From a virus (lineage: Duplodnaviria; Caudoviricetes), in the IMG/VR virus record IMGVR_UViG_3300034523_000112, positions 1 to 31,754 of that record: a stretch of 31,754 bases of DNA; one strand, 5' to 3'. Positions 26,068-31,754 of this stretch are shown here, in pieces. The translations under genes were made by a program, and so were the position numbers. The notes under the pieces are model-generated. The model made no database searches, was not told the DNA's origin, and worked only from the letters and a program-made list of their open reading frames with translations. How positions within the stretch are numbered: position 1 is the first letter of the stretch; every line of letters begins with the position of its first letter.

Positions 26068-26385
26068 ATGAACAAAAGGATATTAAGAGTAATTTGCTTT
26101 GTGGCTTCCAGTTCAGTGATGGCGGCTTCTTTCGCTAAAGACGCTGCTGAGTGCAAGGAAATGTCAGAGGCTGCGCGGAACATAATGTCTGCAAGGCAAT
26201 CTGGCGTTTCAATGTCGTCATTGATCGAGTTCACAGACAAGGCGCCTGAGGCGATTAAGCCTACTGCAAGCAAGATTATTTCGGATGCTTTCGAGCAACC
26301 CAGGGTTACCGATCCAGTATTGAAAGATCGCACGATTTCAGAGTTTGAAAACAAGTGGTTTCTTAGTTGTTACAAGAAGCCTTAA
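26068..26385 (+). CDS. Moron: small secreted protein
   Basis: Signal-peptide-like N-terminus, lower GC, TGnTAGACT upstream and a terminator downstream. Confidence 0.75.
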   Translation: MNKRILRVICFVASSSVMAASFAKDAAECKEMSEAARNIMSARQSGVSMSSLIEFTDKAPEAIKPTASKIISDAFEQPRVTDPVLKDRTISEFENKWFLSCYKKP

Positions 26386-26413
26386 TTGATTCATAGTTAA
26401 AACTGTAAAAACA

Positions 26414-26435
26414 GCTCGCCTCGGCGGGCTTTTTT
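26414..26435 (+). terminator. Moron terminator
   Basis: GCTCGCC-TC-GGCGGGC-T6. Confidence 0.75.
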
Positions 26436-26452
26436 ATTGCCTGGAGAAAAGC

Positions 26453-29400
26453 ATGGCAGGGCAAACCCTTCGTTCTTTGATCGTAAGTGTTTCCGCTGAA
26501 ACAAGTGCGTATCAACGCGAAATGGCCCGCGCTAGTCGCATGGGGCAGAGCTATCTCAGAACAATCACTTCTGGGAATAGGGATGCAACCAGCTCGTGGC
26601 GTTCGCAGGAAGCAGCCGTTCGCGCCCAGGGTGCGGCTATGCAATCCCTTACATCCACAGTAGGCAGCTACGCAGCGGCGATGGCCGGCGCCCTGGCGGT
26701 TGGCAATGTGATCCATCAGGCTGACGCCTGGAACCAAGTAAACGCGCGACTGAAGCAAGCGACTACCGGCACAGAAGACTTTGCAGTTAGCCAGAAATCG
26801 CTTTTTGAGCTCAGCCAGAGGACTGGCACGTCGTTCTCGGATAATGCTGGCTTGTTCAGTCGATCAGCTTCGTCGATGCGTGAGTTCGGATATTCCACAT
26901 CGGACGTTTTGGGAGTGACTGAAGCCCTTTCTGTAGGCCTTCAGGTGTCTGGTGCAAGTTCTACGGAGGCCTCCTCTGCCATCACGCAATTCGCCCAGGC
27001 CCTAGCCCAAGGGGTGCTCAGGGGCGAGGAGTTTAACTCCATAGCTGACAGTGGTGATCGAGTCCTGCGTGCGCTTGCAGCAGGAATGGGAGTTGCCAGA
27101 AGTGAACTCAAGGCCATGGCTGATAAGGGCCTTATAACCATCGATAAGCTTGTCCCTGCGCTGATCGGCCAGCTCGGCGTTTTGAATGCTGAGTTCAAGG
27201 CAATGCCTCCTTCCGTAAGCAGGTCGACTACGGCCCTGACAAATGCTTTCCAGGCTTGGATTGGAGGAGCTGACACAGCAACAGGCAGTACTGCGGTTCT
27301 TTCTGGAGCGATTGATCTTGTCGCCAAGAACATGGATGTCCTCGCCGCGTCGGCGTTAACTGCTGGCGCTGCCTATATCGGGTTGAAGTCAGGCGAGCTA
27401 ATTAAGGGATTGCGTGACCAAGTCAGCGCTTTGCGCGAAGCTCGATCCGCTGAAATTGGGCGGACTACTGCTCAGCTTGATGCGGCCACCGCTGCCGCCC
27501 GGCGCACTGCCGCAGAAGTAGTCGCCGCAGAGTCACAGGTTGCCGCGACCAGGTTTACCGATGCCCATACAGCCGCACTCAGTCGTCTGCGCCTGGCCAG
27601 GCTTGCGGATACACAAGCGACAGCCGCGCAAACTGCTGCGCAGGCCGCTCAAACGGCTGCGACGTCGCTGGCTGGTCGTGCCGGATCAGCGCTTCTTGGG
27701 GTAATGGGTGGTCCAGTCGGGCTAGCTGTTACTGCTGGAGCAGTGGCTGCCAGCTATCTGCTGTTTCGGGACAACAGTGACAAGGCTCGGCAGGCCACCG
27801 TCGATCTCAAGCGACCTGTAGAGGAGTTGCGCAAAGAGTTCGCTGCGCTCGGCAAAGAGCAGGCTCGATACAAACTCGATGGAGTGATTCAGCAGCAAGC
27901 CGATGCCCAGGTGGCAGCGCAGAAAGCATTGCGCGAGATCCGCGCCGCCGCCCAAGGCAATGACAAGTGGGGCGATACCTACTCGGCCAACCCATTCCAG
28001 CGCGACCGGGCGGTGACGGACTTCAATCGCCGCATTGCCGGCGGCCAGGGTATCGACTCGGCAAGCCAGCAACTGGTCGCAGCAATCGGTCCAAACGAGG
28101 AGATGACCAAGGCTATTAATGCTTCTGCATCCGCGTATGGCGAAGCGATCAAAGCCTCCGGCGATTACGGTGATGTCGCCAATATGCTCACCGCCCGCCT
28201 GAACGATGTGGCCACCGCTGCGGGCCAGGCGGGCGCCGGGCTGAAAAAGATTGCGGGGCCCGACAAGAAGACTATTGAGAGCTGGAACAGCTACACGAAA
28301 ACCCTCGTTGAGCGTTTGAACTCCGTCAGAGATGGGGGCGACCTGGTTGGCGAGGTGAACCGGAGGATTGAACGGGAAGGCGTTGACCAGGGTACTGCCG
28401 AGGGCTGGCGCATTCTGGCCGGCGCGATCAAGGGGTCTGAAACGGCGGCCAAGGCTTCTGAGGAGGCTCAGCAAAAAGCCAAAAAAGCCTCGGAGGACAT
28501 CCAGCGGCAAGCTGAGCAGCTCAACAATGCATACAAGCAAACCCTGGACAACCTTACCCAGCAGGTCGCGCTTTACGGTGAAACCACCGAGATAGGGCGT
28601 CTTCGCTACGAGCTCTCCACGGGCGAGCTGTCGAAGCTGTCGGAAAAGAACAAGGTCATGCTTCAGGGCAAGGCTATTGAGCTTGATGCGCTAAATGCCA
28701 GAAAGGCCTATGACGGCCTGATGTCTAGCCTTCAAACCAAAGAGCAAGCCCTGCTCGCAACGACGAAAGAACGGATGCAGGTGCTGGAAACAGCCAACCG
28801 TGCCGGCAAGCTATCGTCGGACGACTATCGCGCTGGCGCTGACGCTATCTCGAAAGCCACGGTTACCGAGGCGCCGGAGTTCGGTGGCATTGATTCATCG
28901 GTGGGCGGTCCTTCTGGTGAGCTGGTAAAGATTGCCGAGGCTGAAGCAGCCCTGAAAAAGTGGAACGACAAGCAGCTGTCCATGCAGGCAGATCTGCGCG
29001 ATCAGATCCTGGCCGACCAGCAAAGCACCAATGAGCAGAAGCTCGCCGCCGAGCAGCAGTACCTGGACCGGGTCGTCGAGATCAACCAGACGAATCAGGC
29101 GAGGCTTTCTGACATTCAGGGCGCCTATAAAGTGGCGGTGATCGGCACCTTCAGCGAGTTGTCAGGCCAGGCCGCCGATATGGTTGGCAAGATCGCTGGG
29201 GAGCAGTCCGGCGCGTACAAGGCATTGTTTGTAGCGCAAAAGGCGTTCGCGGTGGCGTCGATCATCATGAACGCACAGATCGCTGCGGCCAAAGCTCCGG
29301 CAGAACTGACCATCCTAGGTGGTATTCCGGTGGGCGCGGCACTGCTTGCTGCGGGTTATGCCAATGCGGGCATGGTCGCCGGCATGGCGCTGGCCGGTTT

Positions 29401-29830
29401 CTCTGAGGGTGGCTGGACAGGCCCAGGTGGCAAGCTGGAACCAAAGGGTGTTGTCCACGGCGATGAGGTCGTGATCCGCAAGGAGGTGGTAAATCAGCCT
29501 GGCATGAAGGACTACCTCATTGGGCTTAACCGGACCGGAAAGCCTGGCTATTCCGCTGGCGGCTTTGTTGGTATCCCTGGGGTTTCTCCATCATTCAATG
29601 CGAAGAGCGTTGTCGCTGGTGGTGGTTTTGGCGCCGCGCCGGAGATTCACTTGCACATCAATGGTGACGGATCCGGCGGAGCTGTCAATGCTCCCGAGGG
29701 ATACGAGCAGATGGGTATCGCGTTGTTGGCCACCGCCCGTTCCGAAATGCCGAAGATCGCCCGGCAGGTGATTCAGCAGGAAAAAGGCCAGAACGGCCTG
29801 CTTGATCCAAACAATCGGAGAAACAGCTGA
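26453..29830 (+). CDS. Tail tape measure protein
   Basis: 1125 aa, Ala-rich; QALAQGVLRGEEFNS; C-terminal GGWTGPGGKLEPKGVVH. Confidence 0.95.
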   Translation: MAGQTLRSLIVSVSAETSAYQREMARASRMGQSYLRTITSGNRDATSSWRSQEAAVRAQGAAMQSLTSTVGSYAAAMAGALAVGNVIHQADAWNQVNARLKQATTGTEDFAVSQKSLFELSQRTGTSFSDNAGLFSRSASSMREFGYSTSDVLGVTEALSVGLQVSGASSTEASSAITQFAQALAQGVLRGEEFNSIADSGDRVLRALAAGMGVARSELKAMADKGLITIDKLVPALIGQLGVLNAEFKAMPPSVSRSTTALTNAFQAWIGGADTATGSTAVLSGAIDLVAKNMDVLAASALTAGAAYIGLKSGELIKGLRDQVSALREARSAEIGRTTAQLDAATAAARRTAAEVVAAESQVAATRFTDAHTAALSRLRLARLADTQATAAQTAAQAAQTAATSLAGRAGSALLGVMGGPVGLAVTAGAVAASYLLFRDNSDKARQATVDLKRPVEELRKEFAALGKEQARYKLDGVIQQQADAQVAAQKALREIRAAAQGNDKWGDTYSANPFQRDRAVTDFNRRIAGGQGIDSASQQLVAAIGPNEEMTKAINASASAYGEAIKASGDYGDVANMLTARLNDVATAAGQAGAGLKKIAGPDKKTIESWNSYTKTLVERLNSVRDGGDLVGEVNRRIEREGVDQGTAEGWRILAGAIKGSETAAKASEEAQQKAKKASEDIQRQAEQLNNAYKQTLDNLTQQVALYGETTEIGRLRYELSTGELSKLSEKNKVMLQGKAIELDALNARKAYDGLMSSLQTKEQALLATTKERMQVLETANRAGKLSSDDYRAGADAISKATVTEAPEFGGIDSSVGGPSGELVKIAEAEAALKKWNDKQLSMQADLRDQILADQQSTNEQKLAAEQQYLDRVVEINQTNQARLSDIQGAYKVAVIGTFSELSGQAADMVGKIAGEQSGAYKALFVAQKAFAVASIIMNAQIAAAKAPAELTILGGIPVGAALLAAGYANAGMVAGMALAGFSEGGWTGPGGKLEPKGVVHGDEVVIRKEVVNQPGMKDYLIGLNRTGKPGYSAGGFVGIPGVSPSFNAKSVVAGGGFGAAPEIHLHINGDGSGGAVNAPEGYEQMGIALLATARSEMPKIARQVIQQEKGQNGLLDPNNRRNS

Positions 29831-30168
29831 TGGCAGAGGTATTCAACTGGTCGCCCCGGGTTGGCTCTTCCGGTGACGATCAGCCTGACGTGCTTGAGTC
29901 AAAGTTCGGTAACGGCTACAGCCAGCGATTATCGGTCGGAATAAACAATGTCGCTGGCGCGTACACCGTTTCCTTCACGGGCGGGGAGGCTTATATCAAG
30001 CCGATCCGAGAGTTTTTCAAACGGCACAAGGGGGCAAATCACTTTCTGTGGACTCCGCCGCTTGAGGTTCAGGGGGCGTTCATCACCACCGGAGGCTGGC
30101 AACTGCAAACCCACGGCAACAAGAAGTACACCCTTAGCACCACTTTCCAGCAGGTATTCAACCCATGA
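29830..30168 (+). CDS. Minor tail protein M-like (distal tail)
   Basis: FGNGYSQR...GIN; F.WTPP; F.QVF.P. Confidence 0.9.
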   Translation: MAEVFNWSPRVGSSGDDQPDVLESKFGNGYSQRLSVGINNVAGAYTVSFTGGEAYIKPIREFFKRHKGANHFLWTPPLEVQGAFITTGGWQLQTHGNKKYTLSTTFQQVFNP

Positions 30169-30851
30169 TCACTTTGGACGATCAGAAGTTAGAGCCCGGC
30201 GCGATTATCCAGTTGATCGAGCTGGATGGTGAGGCGCGGGACATGGGCATCTTGCGGTACCACGCGCACCAGCAGTCCACGCCGATCATCTGGAAGGGTG
30301 AGACATACCTGCCCATGCCTTACGAAACGGGCGGCTTTGGGCGCAGCGTTGAGGGCAACAACTCCACCCCCATGCTGAAGATCAGCAATATCGACGGAAC
30401 GATTACAGCGCTATGCCGGCGCTTTCAGGGGATGAGCGGGGTCAAGCTGACGGTTCGACAGACCTACGTCAAATATCTAGACCCTGCGAATTTCCCAGAG
30501 GGCAACCCGACGGCCAGCACCATGGAAAGGCTCGACATCTCCTATATCAACCAGGTCACCAGCCTGTTGCGTGAAGAGGTGGTGTTTTCATTAGCCCCTC
30601 CGACCGCTGTTAAAGGTCAGAGGTTGCCGGGCGGCCTGATCATGAACCGGTGCGAATGGTGCCTTTGGGGCGAGTACCGCGGCCCCGACTGCAACTACAC
30701 CGGCATCAAGATGTTCGACCTCGACGGCAACCCAGTGGACGACCCAGCGCTGGATCGCTGCGGCGGCCGCCCGAGTGATTGCGAGTTACGTTTTGGCAAG
30801 GGCAACCCCTTGTCGTTCGGTGGCGCACCAGGCGCCGCGCTCATCGGATAG
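30165..30851 (+). CDS. Minor tail protein L-like
   Basis: C.W...YRG.DCNY.G...DRC....SDC.LRFG Cys pattern. Confidence 0.92.
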   Translation: MITLDDQKLEPGAIIQLIELDGEARDMGILRYHAHQQSTPIIWKGETYLPMPYETGGFGRSVEGNNSTPMLKISNIDGTITALCRRFQGMSGVKLTVRQTYVKYLDPANFPEGNPTASTMERLDISYINQVTSLLREEVVFSLAPPTAVKGQRLPGGLIMNRCEWCLWGEYRGPDCNYTGIKMFDLDGNPVDDPALDRCGGRPSDCELRFGKGNPLSFGGAPGAALIG

Positions 30852-30858
30852 GCAAACC

Positions 30859-31611
30859 ATGAACAAAGTGATGCTGAAACAAATTCAGGTGCACGCTGAG
30901 GCGGAATTTCCCAAGGAAAGCTGCGGCGTGGTGATCCGTGAGGAGGGGCGGCTGAAGTACGTTCCATGTCGAAACGATGCCAAGACACCGAGCGAGCACT
31001 TCATCATCAACCCCGAGGATAAGTGTGACGCGGAGGACCGAGGCGAGGTGACAATGATCATCCATAGCCATCCGGACGTTCCGCCCGTACCGAGCATGGC
31101 GGATCGGGTGAGCTGCGAATTGCACGAAAAGCCTTGGGGGATCGTCAGCTGGCCGTCGGGCGAGTACTTCGAGTTCAAGCCCGAAGGTTACCAGGCTCCG
31201 CTGGTGGGCCGCGAATTCGGTCACGGCCTGCTCGATTGCTACGCGCTGTGCCGAGATTACTATCTTCGCGAGCACGGAATCGAACTGCCCAATTATCCGC
31301 GCAGGGACGGCTGGTGGAACGCCGGTGAAAGCCTCTACGAGAAGTACTACGAGGAGGCCGGCTTCTACCCCGTAGCCGAGCCGCGCAAAGGCGACATGAT
31401 CGTCATGCAGATCAATGCAGACGCACCCAATCATGCGGGCATCTATCTGGGCGACGGCCTTCTCGCCAGCGAGCCAGGCCTGCACCCGGCCCCAGGCACA
31501 TTCCTGCATCACCGATACAACAAGAAATCCACCCGCGACGTGTACGGCGGCATGTGGGCTGATTACACCGTGCTGATTCTTCGGCACCAGCGCGTTCCGG
31601 AGGCTGACTGA
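30859..31611 (+). CDS. Tail assembly protein K-like (JAB plus NlpC/P60)
   Basis: ESCG, HSHPD, DCY, NHAGIY. Confidence 0.92.
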   Translation: MNKVMLKQIQVHAEAEFPKESCGVVIREEGRLKYVPCRNDAKTPSEHFIINPEDKCDAEDRGEVTMIIHSHPDVPPVPSMADRVSCELHEKPWGIVSWPSGEYFEFKPEGYQAPLVGREFGHGLLDCYALCRDYYLREHGIELPNYPRRDGWWNAGESLYEKYYEEAGFYPVAEPRKGDMIVMQINADAPNHAGIYLGDGLLASEPGLHPAPGTFLHHRYNKKSTRDVYGGMWADYTVLILRHQRVPEAD

Positions 31612-31754
31612 TGGCAATGCGAACAAAGATCAGCCCTCAGCCGCTGGTGGTGCTGGTGAAGCTCTACGGCGTGCTTGGGGCTCGTTTTGGGCGCGTGCAT
31701 CACCTCGCCGTAGCATCGTGTGCCGAGGCAATTCACGCGCTTGGTGTAAAAATA
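31611..31754 (+). CDS. Tail assembly protein I-like (partial)
   Basis: VKLYGVLGARFGRVHHLAVAS.AEAIHAL. Confidence 0.85.
   Translation, partial: MAMRTKISPQPLVVLVKLYGVLGARFGRVHHLAVASCAEAIHALGVKI

Larger units (their letters stand above)
340..31754. mobile_element. Lambdoid/HK97-like prophage; left end in the mutS 5' region, right end outside the window
   Basis: Integrase, xis, cI/cro, replication, Q, holin, terminase, portal, HK97 capsid and lambda-like tail genes in canonical order. Left boundary approximate. Confidence 0.95.

Noticed and set aside
380-31754. Tailocin cluster (often found beside mutS in Pseudomonas)
   Set aside because: Integrase, replication, terminase and capsid genes show a true prophage.

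Overview
A Pseudomonas-like chromosome segment. The 5' end of mutS (minus strand, 1-379) is followed by a lambdoid/HK97-like siphovirus prophage that appears integrated at the mutS HTPMMQQ codons and runs off the right edge. Order: a two-gene moron, integrase/xis, a leftward early operon, the cI/cro immunity region with visible operators, replication genes (initiator with iterons, DnaC-like loader, DnaB), Q, morons, holin, HNH-terS-terL, HK97-type head genes and lambda-type tail genes. The standout is at 4280-5627 in the leftward operon: a solo 194-aa Cas7/RAMP-like gene and a coupled winged-helix-like gene, preceded by a non-coding array. The array holds two tracts of 5-nt repeats (constant GGY plus variable NN) separated by covarying hairpins. 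It looks like a phage RNA-guided system with a gapped guide code and resembles what I recall being reported as VIPR. Read as NN-x-NN-x, one tract matches 17/22 nt of a small gene of this phage (3415-3446), with the gaps at codon third positions. This suggests it targets the homolog in a competing related phage. All calls are by eye; no searches were run.
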